Shown here one piece after another: positions 18,955 through 30,063 of a stretch of 64,000 nt of DNA. Under the pieces are notes generated by a model. The model made no database searches. It saw only the letters and a list, made by a program, of their open reading frames with translations, and was not told the origin of the DNA. This stretch comes from a virus, in IMG/VR virus record IMGVR_UViG_3300027969_000046; one strand, 5' to 3'. How positions within the stretch are numbered: position 1 is the stretch's first letter; every line of letters starts with the position of its first letter. A program made the position numbers and the translations under genes.

Positions 18955-21900
18955 ATGTCGTTAAATACTAATTTTAATGTCAACCCATACTATGACGACT
19001 TCGATGAAGCTAAAAAGTTTCTTCGTCTATTGTTTAAGCCAGGTTATGCTGTTCAAGCTCGTGAGTTAACACAATTACAAACTCTTTTACAGAGCCAAAT
19101 TAGTCGTTTTGGTAATAATGTTTTCAAAAATGGTTCTCTTGTAACTGGTGGTCAAACTTTTCTTCAAAATGCTACATACTTAAAATTAGATACCGATTAT
19201 TCTGGTTTAGCTGTTTCTGTAACAAATTTTAATGGTAAAACAATTACTGATTCCACAGGAACAAAGCGTGGTGAAGTTGTTGTTGTTTATGATGCTGATT
19301 CTGGTACAGGTGATCCAAAAACACTATTAGTCAAACAGATTTATGGTACTGCTTTTGCTTCTGGAGATAAAATTTCCACAGTTGAAACTGCGCCTGCATA
19401 TGCTAATGTTTCAACATCTGGTGTTGGAACAGGCCAAACATTTTCTGTAAATGATGGTGTATTCTATTACGATGGTTTCTTCATTAAGAACGATGCACAA
19501 ACTATTGCCACATCAAAATATAATAACGCAACAGCTAATGCAAGAATTGGTTTTGAAGTTACTGAAGCTGTTGTAGAATATACACAAGACACTTCGTTGT
19601 TGGATCCTGCTCAAGATGCTTCAAACTTTCAAGCACCTGGTTCCGACCGCTACAAAATTTCATTAGTATTATCAACTCGTGCTTTAGATTCTACCGATGA
19701 TACACAATTTATTGAACTTGCTCGTGTTGAACAAGGCGCATTAACCTATTCTGTAAAATACCCATTGTATGCGGTATTAGAAGATACTCTTGCTCGTAGA
19801 ACTTACGATGAATCTGGTAACTACACAGTAAGACCATTTAAACTTTCATTAGACACAAGTGCTGCTAATACCGCAAAAGCCAATGTTGTATTGTCGCCAG
19901 GTAAAGCATATGTCTATGGTTACGAACACGAAACAATTGGACCAACAACAATTACATTTAATAAACCAAGAACAACAGATAATGTTTCTAATAAACGCAT
20001 TTCTTCTGACTATGGTTATTATGTTTATTCAAATACACACTTTGGTACATTTCCAATTAATAGTTTAGCTACTATTGATTTGCATTGTGTATCAAATGGT
20101 TCAATTAATGTTTCATCTACAAACACAATTACTAATACAAAGATTGGTACTGCTCGTGTAAAAAGTATTGAATTTGAAGCAGCTTCAAACACATCAAACT
20201 CTGCTACATATGAATATCGCACTTATTTGTTTGATGTTAATGTTTCTTCATTAACAGGTAATGTATTAACATCTAATACCACAACAATTACAATTGGCAA
20301 TACTGGTGCTGGACAATATTATTCTACACAGAACAATGCATATACTGGTGCTAAACTTCGTATCATTGCTGGTCCTGGTGCTGGTGAAACTCCAAAATAT
20401 ATTACAAATTATAATGGCGCTACTGGTGTTATCACATTATCTCAACAATTTATTGCTACAACAAATACAACATCAACTTGGTCTATTGACTTTGAAGTTA
20501 ATGATATTAAATCATTAGCTGTTACAAGCGGAACAACTCGTGTTGCAGCTGCTGATATTGATGGTGCTTCTAAAGACCCAGCAACAACTTACGATGACAC
20601 ATTTATTTCAGATACTAAGTTAGAGCCACTATTATTGCCACTTGGTCAAAATTATGTTGCTAGTGGAACTATTGGTAATTTGTCTTTCTCATATAAGAGA
20701 ATGTATGAAGCACAAGCTTTTTCATCTTCAATATCACCTACACTTTCAGTAGGTACTGGTGAAGCCATTTCTGCTGCTGTAAGCACTTCAAGTAAAAACG
20801 AAAAATATACAGTTGTTGTAACAGCTTCTGGTACTTCGCCATATACTGTTGGTCAAATTATTCCTTCTAATCTATTTACAGTAGATACAGGCACTCGTAA
20901 AATTACTGTTACTTCTGGTAACAATATGACTGCTAATATTGTTGCAACGATTGATTCTTCAAATCCATCAGCAAAAACAAAAACTTTTGCAACTGCAAAT
21001 GCAACCGTTCAAACAAGTGGCGGCACAGCGTTGTTTGCTAATAACGGCGTAATTCTTTATGCTTCACAAGGCCAAACTCACATTATGGCCAATACTGTTG
21101 TTAAAACACCTGCAACTGCACAATCATTATTTGTGTCTGATGTTGTAGCCGTTTCTTCAGTATTAGATTTTAATGGCAATCAAATTACAGTTGCTAATGC
21201 TGCTATTGCAACAGATATTACTTCACGCTATACATTAGATAATGGTCAAAGAGATTCTTATTATGACCATGCTTCTATTAGTTTGAAAGCTGGTGTAGCA
21301 ACTCCTGTTGGACCCCTAGTCGTTAAATATAACCGATTCAGTTCGTCTGGTGCTGGTTTCTTTGATGTTGATTCTTATAGTGGGTATGATTATGGTTCTA
21401 TTCCTACATATTCATCTGTTGGTGCAGGCAACAATTACCAACTTTCGGATTGCCTTGATTTTAGGCCTGTCCGAGCAACGCCAACAAGCACAACAACAGC
21501 AAACACCGTCACATTCGATGTTGATTCAACCACGACTGGTCCTAAGATTCCTGAGAATGGTTCCGACATCATTCTAAACTATCAATACTACTTACCAAGA
21601 ATTGACAAGGTAGTATTAAACAAAGACAGAACATTTGAGGTAGTTCAAGGCATTCCTTCCCTAACTCCTGTTGAACCAAAAGACAAAGATGGGGCAATGA
21701 CTTTGTATACCTTGCGTGAACCTGCGTATGTTGCCAATACATCTTTAATTAGAGTTGAATACAAAGACAATCGCCGTTATACAATGCGTGATATTGGTGC
21801 AATCGACAAGCGTGTTGAAAACTTAGAATATTATACATCATTGTCATTGCTAGAACAATCTGCTGTTAACAAACAAGATTTAACAATACTTGATAGCACA

Positions 21901-24897
21901 AATTTACCACGATTTAAGAATGGTATTTTGGTTGATGCATTTGATGGCCACTCTGTAGCTGATGTGGCAAAAAATGATTACTTATCGTCTATTGACCCTA
22001 AGAACAAAGAACTGCGTCCATCATTTAACATATCTTCACATTTATTAACATTTGATTCCGCCACTTCAAGCAACTTTATGAAGAACGGTCCTTTGGTTAC
22101 TGCTAATGCTGCACACTCAGCATTTATTGACCAAAACAAAGCTTCCAAATCAATCAATGTTAATCCATTCAATGTGATTAACTTCTTAGGTAAAATTCAA
22201 TTAGACCCAGCGTCTGATATTTGGATTGACACTAATAAACAACCAGATGTTCTTGTTAATCTGCAAGGTGACAAAGATGCTTGGAATATAATTACTGCCA
22301 ACGCTTACTCATATGAGTGGGGTGATTGGTCAACATATTGGACTGGAACAACAACTGACAGTCCTGCATATCGTGGTTGGTTAGGTGCAACAGGCCGATA
22401 TGAAGTGGTTTACGGTACAGAAACAACAACAACATCATCATCACAAACAAGAACTGGTGTTAAAACAACTGTTGTTCCAACCACAATTACTCAATCTTTG
22501 GGTGACCGTGTTGTTGATGTGTCTATTATTCCTTACATGAGAAATCGTAATGTGTTATTTACTGGTTCTGATTTTAAACCAGATACCACATTATATTCTT
22601 TCTTTGATAATGTTAATATTGACAAGTATGTTGCTCGTGCTAACAAATTTAAAATTGCCACAAATAATCTTGGTTTCAGAACTGAGATTGGCAATCCAGA
22701 AACAGTTTCAGTAGTTAATACTGCAACTAGCACAACTAATGCTACTGCATATGTTGTTCGCACATCTAATACTGAAGCATTTATTATTAGTGTTAACCCA
22801 TCTTCTGCACTTAACGGTTCTACAATGAACTTGGTTGGTTCTTCAACAGGAACAACTGTTCGTGTTGTTGGCTATGACCACTACTCTGGTAATGCAGCCT
22901 CTGCTACTGGAAATACTATTGTATTGAATGTTGATGCGTTTGGTGCTAATAATACTACTGATTATGTTGGTTCACCAATCTATATTGTTAGTGGAACTGG
23001 TGCTGGCCAACAAGGCACAATTACTACTTACACAGCTGCTACACGAAATGTAGCAATCTCTGGTGCATGGACAACTATACCATCTACTGATTCTATCTAC
23101 TCAATTGGTAATCTAAAAACTACCATGGCAGGCGATGTTGCTGGTGTGTTTAATATTCCTTCTGCAACATTCCGTGTTGGTGAAAAGAACTTTAGAATGG
23201 TTGACAATTCAACCGGCGATTTAGGTTCTTCATCTACAAACGGTGACGCTACATTCTTTGCACAAGGCATTTTACAGTCAACAGAGAATACTATTATCTC
23301 TACAACTGTACCAACAATTCAAAGAGCTTCTGTAACCGACAATCGTGTTGTTTCTTCTACAACAAGTCGCCAAGTTGTGATTGGTTATTGGGATCCACTT
23401 GCACAAACATTCTTAATATCACCAGTAAATTACCCACAAGGTATTTTCCTGTCTAAGGCTCGTTTTGCATTTAAATCGAAAGATACAACAGTACCAGTTA
23501 CATTACAGGTTCGTCCTGCAACAAATGGTTACCCATCATCTTCTATAATCTATCCTTACTCAACAGTTACTTTGACACCAGATAAAGTTAATACAACTAC
23601 ATCTCCAAACTTAGATACTGCTAGTAAATATACAGAGTTTGAGTTTGATGCACCAATCTACTTGCAGCCAGGTGAACATTCATTTGTATTGTTGGCTAAC
23701 TCTAACAAGTATGAGGTGTATGTTGCTGAAATTGGTAAACTTGACACAGTAAGTGGTCGTCAAATTTCTGAACAACCATATGGCGGTTCATTGTTCTTAT
23801 CACAAAACGGTTCTACATGGACTGCTGACCAAAATTCAGACCTCATGTTTAGATTGTTCCGTTATGTGTTTAGTACCGATCCTGTTCAAGCAACATTTAA
23901 GATTAATTATCCAAGTTCAAATACAGTCTATGACTTAACACACTTGATTACCTCAGATGTTACTGTTGCTAATACTTCTTTATCTTACCAGTTTAATTCT
24001 GAAAAATCAACTGGTGGTATGACTGGATATAAAAACATTACTCCATTAACCGACTTCCAAATGAATGATGGTTTTGGCCGCCGTGTATTAAACCCAGCAA
24101 CAGGTAATACAACATTAATTGTTAAGGCTACATTACAAACATCCAATCCTGATATTTCTCCATTTTTAGACACATCACGATATGGTGTAATTGCCGTTGA
24201 AAACATTATCAATGATTTGCCATTGAGTAATTCTGGTATTACATTAACAAGTGGTGGAACAGGTTACTCAACTAACGCCAACGCCGTTGTAACTATTACA
24301 GGTGGCGGAGGTTCAGGTGCAACTGCGGCTGCCGTTGTTACTGCTAATGTGGTAACATCTATTTACTTGACAAATCCTGGTTCTGGTTATGAAACATCTC
24401 CAACATTTACATTGGTTGATGCTAACACAACTCCGGGTACTGGTGCAACAATTACCTATAACGGTGAAGATAAGAAATCTGGTGGTAACTCTTATGTTCG
24501 TTACCTAACTCGTAAAGTGGTTCTTGCTGACGGATTTGATTCTGGTGACTTGCGTGTTTATTTGACCGCATACAAACCTGCAGCTGCAAACATTCGTGTA
24601 TATTACAAGTTACTGTCTGCTGCTGATACTGCAACATTTGATGATAAAACTTGGCAATTGATGACTCAGTTAAGTAATGCAAACTTTGCTTCTGCTGGTC
24701 CTGATGATTACAGAGAAATTGCATATGCGCCAGGTGTTGGTGGTTCTGCCAATAATTCTGTAAACTATACGACTAGTTCAACTGCATATAATTCATTTAG
24801 AACATTTGCTATTAAGATTGTATTGACTGGAACTGATACTACTGATGTTCCTAAGGTTCGTGATTTCCGTGCAATTGCTTTACCAGCCGGTGCATAA
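18955..24897 (+). CDS. Large virion structural protein (VrlC/DUF4815-like)
   Basis: N-terminal PYYDDF.....F...LF.PG.AVQARELTQ.Q, ARRT.DESG.Y, RYTMRDIG....R...LEYYT.L.LLE and DPLAQTF; typical post-gp8 gene of non-enteric T4-likes. Confidence 0.85.
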   Translation: MSLNTNFNVNPYYDDFDEAKKFLRLLFKPGYAVQARELTQLQTLLQSQISRFGNNVFKNGSLVTGGQTFLQNATYLKLDTDYSGLAVSVTNFNGKTITDSTGTKRGEVVVVYDADSGTGDPKTLLVKQIYGTAFASGDKISTVETAPAYANVSTSGVGTGQTFSVNDGVFYYDGFFIKNDAQTIATSKYNNATANARIGFEVTEAVVEYTQDTSLLDPAQDASNFQAPGSDRYKISLVLSTRALDSTDDTQFIELARVEQGALTYSVKYPLYAVLEDTLARRTYDESGNYTVRPFKLSLDTSAANTAKANVVLSPGKAYVYGYEHETIGPTTITFNKPRTTDNVSNKRISSDYGYYVYSNTHFGTFPINSLATIDLHCVSNGSINVSSTNTITNTKIGTARVKSIEFEAASNTSNSATYEYRTYLFDVNVSSLTGNVLTSNTTTITIGNTGAGQYYSTQNNAYTGAKLRIIAGPGAGETPKYITNYNGATGVITLSQQFIATTNTTSTWSIDFEVNDIKSLAVTSGTTRVAAADIDGASKDPATTYDDTFISDTKLEPLLLPLGQNYVASGTIGNLSFSYKRMYEAQAFSSSISPTLSVGTGEAISAAVSTSSKNEKYTVVVTASGTSPYTVGQIIPSNLFTVDTGTRKITVTSGNNMTANIVATIDSSNPSAKTKTFATANATVQTSGGTALFANNGVILYASQGQTHIMANTVVKTPATAQSLFVSDVVAVSSVLDFNGNQITVANAAIATDITSRYTLDNGQRDSYYDHASISLKAGVATPVGPLVVKYNRFSSSGAGFFDVDSYSGYDYGSIPTYSSVGAGNNYQLSDCLDFRPVRATPTSTTTANTVTFDVDSTTTGPKIPENGSDIILNYQYYLPRIDKVVLNKDRTFEVVQGIPSLTPVEPKDKDGAMTLYTLREPAYVANTSLIRVEYKDNRRYTMRDIGAIDKRVENLEYYTSLSLLEQSAVNKQDLTILDSTNLPRFKNGILVDAFDGHSVADVAKNDYLSSIDPKNKELRPSFNISSHLLTFDSATSSNFMKNGPLVTANAAHSAFIDQNKASKSINVNPFNVINFLGKIQLDPASDIWIDTNKQPDVLVNLQGDKDAWNIITANAYSYEWGDWSTYWTGTTTDSPAYRGWLGATGRYEVVYGTETTTTSSSQTRTGVKTTVVPTTITQSLGDRVVDVSIIPYMRNRNVLFTGSDFKPDTTLYSFFDNVNIDKYVARANKFKIATNNLGFRTEIGNPETVSVVNTATSTTNATAYVVRTSNTEAFIISVNPSSALNGSTMNLVGSSTGTTVRVVGYDHYSGNAASATGNTIVLNVDAFGANNTTDYVGSPIYIVSGTGAGQQGTITTYTAATRNVAISGAWTTIPSTDSIYSIGNLKTTMAGDVAGVFNIPSATFRVGEKNFRMVDNSTGDLGSSSTNGDATFFAQGILQSTENTIISTTVPTIQRASVTDNRVVSSTTSRQVVIGYWDPLAQTFLISPVNYPQGIFLSKARFAFKSKDTTVPVTLQVRPATNGYPSSSIIYPYSTVTLTPDKVNTTTSPNLDTASKYTEFEFDAPIYLQPGEHSFVLLANSNKYEVYVAEIGKLDTVSGRQISEQPYGGSLFLSQNGSTWTADQNSDLMFRLFRYVFSTDPVQATFKINYPSSNTVYDLTHLITSDVTVANTSLSYQFNSEKSTGGMTGYKNITPLTDFQMNDGFGRRVLNPATGNTTLIVKATLQTSNPDISPFLDTSRYGVIAVENIINDLPLSNSGITLTSGGTGYSTNANAVVTITGGGGSGATAAAVVTANVVTSIYLTNPGSGYETSPTFTLVDANTTPGTGATITYNGEDKKSGGNSYVRYLTRKVVLADGFDSGDLRVYLTAYKPAAANIRVYYKLLSAADTATFDDKTWQLMTQLSNANFASAGPDDYREIAYAPGVGGSANNSVNYTTSSTAYNSFRTFAIKIVLTGTDTTDVPKVRDFRAIALPAGA

Positions 24898-24898
24898 T

Positions 24899-25129
24899 AT
24901 GTTTGCTAAAGTAAAAGACCACGACAATCTAGTAAGAGATATGCACTCCAAAGCTGTTCTAAATACAGATAGAGCTGGTTTGCAAGACTATATGCAAAAG
25001 AGAGAGATGGCAAAAAAAGAAATCTCTGAAAAACTTGAAACAAAACAACGCTTAGCCAAAATAGAAGAAGAAATGTCTGAAATCAAAGCACTATTGCAAG
25101 ATATAGCTAACATTAGGAAATACGGATAA
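24899..25129 (+). CDS. Small conserved virion-associated coiled-coil protein
   Basis: MFAKVKDHDNLVRD...AVLNTD; the ATG at 24899 directly follows the upstream stop. Confidence 0.7.
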   Translation: MFAKVKDHDNLVRDMHSKAVLNTDRAGLQDYMQKREMAKKEISEKLETKQRLAKIEEEMSEIKALLQDIANIRKYG

Positions 25130-25872
25130 TGGCGATTAATCAATTAACAACCGCCAATACCTTTCAACATTGGTTAGCGGCAACTCAAAATTTAATTGCA
25201 ACCGCCAATACCCTTACTGATGGTAATGGCGCTTCGTTTGTTGCTAACACAAAACTAGACATTTCTGGTTCACAGGCTCAATTAAATGTTCGCACATCAG
25301 CCAGTATCAATACTCTGTATGCAAACAATACAATCCTTGGTGGTTTTACTAATGTAACCACTCTGAATGTTTCAACTACTGGTTATATTGGTGGTGACTT
25401 AACTGTTGCTGGTAATGTAACAGTATCAGGAAACATTATTTTAGATTCAATTGGTTTTGATGATATCATCGCCAACGGTTCTATAACGGCTGCAAACAAT
25501 CTTTCGATTGGTGGTTTCACAATCATTACTGGTAATACAACCCTCAGTAATGTAACTGCAACATATGGTAATTTCTCAACCGCCAATATCACAATTTTAA
25601 CAGGCTCTGCCAATACTGCACTATATAGCAATATTACAACGGCACAGGCCTTTGCAACTTCTGCTGGTTCATACGCTAACTCAGCATTTGTTCATGCTAA
25701 TGCGGCCTTCTTACAGGCCAACACTCCAAGTTATACTGCTAACTCCGCAGCCTCGTATGGTAATAGTGCGTTTGCGGTGGCAAATAGTTCTTCAAGTTAT
25801 GCGAATAGCGCATTTTCCACAGCTAATACAGCCATTGATAACGCTGTTGCTTTGTCAATTGCACTTGGATAA
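25129..25872 (+). CDS. Fibre anchor protein with AN heptad repeats, ending ALSIALG
   Basis: T.NTF..W N-terminus, G.LTV.GN beta repeats and ANSAF repeats. Confidence 0.6.
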   Translation: MAINQLTTANTFQHWLAATQNLIATANTLTDGNGASFVANTKLDISGSQAQLNVRTSASINTLYANNTILGGFTNVTTLNVSTTGYIGGDLTVAGNVTVSGNIILDSIGFDDIIANGSITAANNLSIGGFTIITGNTTLSNVTATYGNFSTANITILTGSANTALYSNITTAQAFATSAGSYANSAFVHANAAFLQANTPSYTANSAASYGNSAFAVANSSSSYANSAFSTANTAIDNAVALSIALG

Positions 25873-25883
25873 ATAGATAAATA
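25868..25883 (+). promoter_or_regulatory. Tandem late promoter-like boxes GATAAATA-GATAAATA
   Basis: Two adjacent 7/8 matches at the start of the intergenic gap. Confidence 0.6.
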
Positions 25884-25906
25884 GAATATCAAGGATATAA
25901 CACAAC

Positions 25907-26233
25907 ATGGCAAATACCTTTAAATCAACGGCTAATGTGAACATTGAAGTTACTTCAAATACTGTTTACACTTGTCCGTCTGCTACACAAACAACTCTGA
26001 TTGGAATGACTTTATCTAATAAGTCCAACGGCACGGTAACCGCAAATGTGTTCTTGCGCCGTTCGTCTGTTGACTATTCAATCATTTCTAATGCACCAAT
26101 TCTGACTGGTTCTTCTTTAGTTCCAATTGGTGGCGACCAAAAAGTTGTGTTGCAGGCAGCTGATTCAATTAAAATCACAACTAGTGCAAACAACGCAGTT
26201 GACACCATCGTTTCATTACTAGAGATTGCATAA
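25907..26233 (+). CDS. Fibre adaptor protein (family A, about 110 aa)
   Basis: YT.P......I.....N and K.VL...D.I motifs; paralogous to 26912, 37028 and 37552. Confidence 0.6.
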   Translation: MANTFKSTANVNIEVTSNTVYTCPSATQTTLIGMTLSNKSNGTVTANVFLRRSSVDYSIISNAPILTGSSLVPIGGDQKVVLQAADSIKITTSANNAVDTIVSLLEIA

Positions 26234-26236
26234 TAA

Positions 26237-26908
26237 ATGGGATACTTAGGAAACTCATCGTTACCTTTTGACCCAACACGGTCATCTGGCAAACCACTAG
26301 ATGCTGAGCGCTTTAGTGGTAATGGAAGCACAACTGCTTTCACACTATCAAGACCTGTTAATGATGTAACAGATATTGATTTATTTGTAGAGAATGTTCG
26401 TCAAGAACCAACAGTCGCATATACTGTTGTTGGTACGGCACTCACATTTACTGAAGCTCCTCCTTCAGGTACAAATAATGTCTATTTGGTATATCGTAAC
26501 TATGGCACAGCACAAGTTCAGTTACCTGATGGTTCTGTTTCTTACGCTAAGTTATCTACAAACATTAAGCAATTCACACAAGATACTTTTACCGCAAACG
26601 GTACAGGTCAAACATTTACATTACAAGAAACACCTGCATCAGCAAACTCCATTATGGTAACAGTTGACGGTGTTTATCAAATTTCACCAGCGCATTATAG
26701 TGTTACTGGTACAACAATTACATTTACTTCTGCACCTCCTGCATCTTCTAATGTTTCAGTTAGACATTTAGGCTTCAGAACATCAACGACAGTTACGGCA
26801 TTGGCCGCAGGTTCAGTAGGAACAGTTGAATTGGCAGACGGCGGTGTAACAGATAATAAATTGGCAGTTTCACCCCTAACAAATATTTTAATGTTATCAG
26901 GAATTTAA
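26237..26908 (+). CDS. Fibre/branch protein with two F.GNG...F.L...TFT.AP domains
   Basis: Internal duplication; N-terminus paralogous to 34461..34883. Confidence 0.6.
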   Translation: MGYLGNSSLPFDPTRSSGKPLDAERFSGNGSTTAFTLSRPVNDVTDIDLFVENVRQEPTVAYTVVGTALTFTEAPPSGTNNVYLVYRNYGTAQVQLPDGSVSYAKLSTNIKQFTQDTFTANGTGQTFTLQETPASANSIMVTVDGVYQISPAHYSVTGTTITFTSAPPASSNVSVRHLGFRTSTTVTALAAGSVGTVELADGGVTDNKLAVSPLTNILMLSGI

Positions 26909-26911
26909 TCA

Positions 26912-27250
26912 ATGGCACAATCATTTAAACGACTTGGCGCAATTAACCCATCTGCAAATACGCAGACTAATGTGTATGTTGTGCCTGCAGCAACTTCAGC
27001 AGTAATCTCAACAATTACTATTTGTAATCAAACAGCTTCTAATGCCTCTTATAGTTTGGCATTAATGAATTCTTCGGAATTTAATGCAGCAGCTCCAACT
27101 GCAACATACATCATTCGTGGTGGTGTTGTTCCTGCAGCTGATACAATTGCTATTACTTTAGGTCTTACCGCAAATGCTGGTATGGTTTTAGCAGCTAACA
27201 CAAGTTCTTCTTCAATTTCTATTGGTGCATTTGGTACTGAGGTAGTATAA
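26912..27250 (+). CDS. Fibre adaptor protein (family A)
   Basis: Close paralog of 37552..37890 (NP.ANTQ.NVYVVP..T.AV.S.I.I.NQ...NASYS). Confidence 0.65.
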   Translation: MAQSFKRLGAINPSANTQTNVYVVPAATSAVISTITICNQTASNASYSLALMNSSEFNAAAPTATYIIRGGVVPAADTIAITLGLTANAGMVLAANTSSSSISIGAFGTEVV

Positions 27251-28119
27251 TGAGTGTCCGCAGATTAGGCCGTCCTGTTGGTTATGACTATCCTGTGGGA
27301 TTATCAGGTAGAGGAGTAACTTCAGTTGATTATCTCGTGGTTGCTGGTGGTGGCGCAGGTGGTTCTTCTGCTGGTGCTGGATATTACGGAGGCGGCGGTG
27401 GTGCTGGAGGTTTTGCAACAGGCAGTAGTTTTTCTGTTACAGACAACACATCATATGCTGTAACAGTAGGCGCTGGCGGAACATATCTATTAAATGCTAG
27501 AGGTTTAAACGGATCAAATTCAACTTTCTCATCTGTAACTGCGATTGGCGGTGGCGGAGGTGGCGGCGGTGGAGATACTAATCCAGGACAATTTTCTGGC
27601 GCTTCAGGTGGATCAGGAGGCGGTGGAAATAGTGGTGCTGGGCCAGGTGGTTCAGGAACTCCAGGTCAAGGAAATAATGGCGGCACAGGTGCAGGTACAC
27701 AAGGTGTAACAGTTCAAGCAGGTGGTGGCGGTGGCGGCGCAGGCGGGGCTGGCGGTAGTGCTCCAAATCCTAATGGCCAAACTGGCGGTGCAGGTGGTAT
27801 TGGTTCAACATCTTCATATTCAGGCACATCAACATATTATGCTGGCGGTGCTGGCGGCAATGCAAACGTGACAGGTGGTGCTGGAACTCCAAGCACAGGT
27901 GGTGGCGGTGCAGGTGGTGCATCTGGCGGAAATGCTGGAACAGTAAATACAGGTGGCGGCGGCGCCGGTGCAAACACTGGTGGTTCAGGTATTGTAATAA
28001 TTCGTTATTCGGGAACACAAGGTGCAACTGGCGGAACAGTAACATCATCTGGTGGTTACACTATTCACACATTTACTGGTGATGGTGCATTTATCACCGG
28101 TCAATATACTATTAATTAA
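27250..28119 (+). CDS. Glycine-rich (polyglycine II) adhesin-like protein 1
   Basis: VDYLVVAGGG, GGGGAGG runs, GSGIVIIRY and IHTFTGDG. Confidence 0.75.
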   Translation: MSVRRLGRPVGYDYPVGLSGRGVTSVDYLVVAGGGAGGSSAGAGYYGGGGGAGGFATGSSFSVTDNTSYAVTVGAGGTYLLNARGLNGSNSTFSSVTAIGGGGGGGGGDTNPGQFSGASGGSGGGGNSGAGPGGSGTPGQGNNGGTGAGTQGVTVQAGGGGGGAGGAGGSAPNPNGQTGGAGGIGSTSSYSGTSTYYAGGAGGNANVTGGAGTPSTGGGGAGGASGGNAGTVNTGGGGAGANTGGSGIVIIRYSGTQGATGGTVTSSGGYTIHTFTGDGAFITGQYTIN

Positions 28120-28132
28120 GGTTATTTGAGCA

Positions 28133-29041
28133 ATGGGTGATACAACTAAACAATTTTCACAAACAAATTTCAGACCAACTGGATATTCATATCCTGTAGG
28201 ATTAAGTGCATCTTTACCATTTGTAACAAAAATAGATTATCTTGTAGTAGCTGGAGGCGGTGGCGGAGGTAGTTACTCTGGCGGAGGCGGTGGCGCTGGA
28301 GGTTTTGCAACAGGACTATCATATCCAATTGTTGCTGGTACATCATATAGCGTAAGTGTTGGTGGTGGCGGTGCAGGCACATTAGGTGGATCTCCTGCAG
28401 GTAGTGGTGCTAGTGGAAGTAATTCACAATTTGCAACAATTCCAGCATCCCTTGGCGGTGGTGGCGGTGGTGCAAACAATATTGTTGGTTCTAACGGTGG
28501 TTCTGGCGGTGGTGCAGGTGGTTCAACTGTTTCTGCAAAATCTGGAGGAACAGGAACCGCTGGCCAAGGAAATAGTGGCGGCGCTAACTATAATTCATCG
28601 CCATACAATGGCGGTGGAGGTGGCGGTGCAGGTTATGTTGGTGCTACTGGTGCATCTCCAAATGGCGGCGCAGGTTTAGCATCATCATTATCTGGATCAC
28701 CATCAACATATGGTGGAGGCGGAGGCGGAGGAACACGCTCTGGTGGCACAGCTGGTACTGGCGGCACTGGCGGCGGTGGTAATGGAACTGCTAGCACAAA
28801 TGCTGGATCACCAGCAGGTAACGGACAAGCTGGCACATCCAACACAGGCGGTGGCGGTGGAGGCAGTGATGACGGCTTAACATCTTATGGTGGTAATGGT
28901 GGATCAGGTGTTGTAATTATTCGTTATTCTGGTACACAGAGAGCAGTTGGTGGTACTGTTACAAGTTCTGGCGGCAACACCATTCATACATTTACGGGTG
29001 ATGGAACATTTACTGCAAATGTAACTTACTCCATCAACTAA
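28133..29041 (+). CDS. Glycine-rich adhesin-like protein 2
   Basis: Same motifs as 27250..28119. Confidence 0.75.
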   Translation: MGDTTKQFSQTNFRPTGYSYPVGLSASLPFVTKIDYLVVAGGGGGGSYSGGGGGAGGFATGLSYPIVAGTSYSVSVGGGGAGTLGGSPAGSGASGSNSQFATIPASLGGGGGGANNIVGSNGGSGGGAGGSTVSAKSGGTGTAGQGNSGGANYNSSPYNGGGGGGAGYVGATGASPNGGAGLASSLSGSPSTYGGGGGGGTRSGGTAGTGGTGGGGNGTASTNAGSPAGNGQAGTSNTGGGGGGSDDGLTSYGGNGGSGVVIIRYSGTQRAVGGTVTSSGGNTIHTFTGDGTFTANVTYSIN

Positions 29042-29049
29042 CATAAATA
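29042..29049 (+). promoter_or_regulatory. Late promoter variant CATAAATA
   Basis: Intergenic, at the head of the next cassette. Confidence 0.6.
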
Positions 29050-29075
29050 AAAGAATTAATAAGAGAAAAATATAG

Positions 29076-29354
29076 ATGCCAATTCAACAGATTACATCCG
29101 GAATCATATCAGATAATGCAGTTGTTGCTGCTGATATTGCTGATGGTTCAATTACCTCTGCTAAGTTAGCTGCAGGTGCTGGTGGTCAATTTATTGATAC
29201 ACAAACAGTTCATGTGATGTATTATAACGCACAGAATGTTACAGCAAACTTAACTGTATCAGCAAATCAAAATGCGTTTACTGCGGGACCACTCACTATT
29301 GATGCCCCATACTCAGTAACATTGAATGCTGGTTCTACTTGGGTAATTCTATAA
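29076..29354 (+). CDS. Small fibre branch protein with C-terminal NA..AGP.T...W.I domain
   Basis: I..G.IT.AKLA repeat; C-terminal domain shared with 34461..34883. Confidence 0.6.
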   Translation: MPIQQITSGIISDNAVVAADIADGSITSAKLAAGAGGQFIDTQTVHVMYYNAQNVTANLTVSANQNAFTAGPLTIDAPYSVTLNAGSTWVIL

Positions 29355-29884
29355 TGGCAAATTTAAAATTAAAAAATCCTGCTGGCGGTTCGTTAAACTT
29401 AGTAAGTGCTGATGGTGCTTCAGATTTAACAGTTACATTTCCAGCAACAACTGGTACTGCAATGGTTAGTGGCAATATGCCAGCGTTTAGTGCTTATCCT
29501 ACCGCAGGAGTATCTTGTGCATCAGGCACTGATACAAAAGTTCTTTTTCAAACAGAGGACTTTGACACAAACAATAATTTTGCTTCTAGCCGCTTTACCC
29601 CAACTGTAGCTGGTTACTATCTTGTTATTGGAATGGCACGGTTTGGTCCAATTACAGCAACCCTTACTATTGGTTCAATATTTGTAAATGGTAGCGTTTA
29701 TTCTAGGGGAAGTGGAGCTTCTTGCTCATCATCTTATACGTATAACCAATGTTCAGCTATTGTTTATCTAAACGGCTCAACTGACTATGTTGAATTTTAT
29801 GCTTATCAAAACTCTGGCTCAGCACAAACTACCGACTACTACACAGCTTATAAATTTACTGGTTCATTGTTGAGGGCAGCATAA
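29354..29884 (+). CDS. C1q/TNF-like receptor-binding tip protein
   Basis: PAFSAY, F..E.FDT...F...RFTP.VAGYY and YLNG.TDYVE; likely start at MANLKLK (29354). Confidence 0.7.
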   Translation: MANLKLKNPAGGSLNLVSADGASDLTVTFPATTGTAMVSGNMPAFSAYPTAGVSCASGTDTKVLFQTEDFDTNNNFASSRFTPTVAGYYLVIGMARFGPITATLTIGSIFVNGSVYSRGSGASCSSSYTYNQCSAIVYLNGSTDYVEFYAYQNSGSAQTTDYYTAYKFTGSLLRAA

Positions 29885-30063
29885 TGTTAATGGAAAAAAT
29901 TAAATCCCTATACCCATCATTAGTTGATGATGATTTTTCACCTTTTCGTGGAACAATTCATTTGCAAAACGATTCAGATGGCAAAGGTGATTATATCGCC
30001 AAGTGGGAACACCCTACTTTAACTAGACCAACACAAGCTCAACTCGATGAGGTAACAGAATAA
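29884..30063 (+). CDS. XkdW-like fibre chaperone
   Basis: Hand translation MLMEKIKSLYPSL..DDF...I.LQNDSDGKGDYIAKWEHPTL.RPT.AQL; coupled by a TAATG overlap. Confidence 0.7.
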   Translation: MLMEKIKSLYPSLVDDDFSPFRGTIHLQNDSDGKGDYIAKWEHPTLTRPTQAQLDEVTE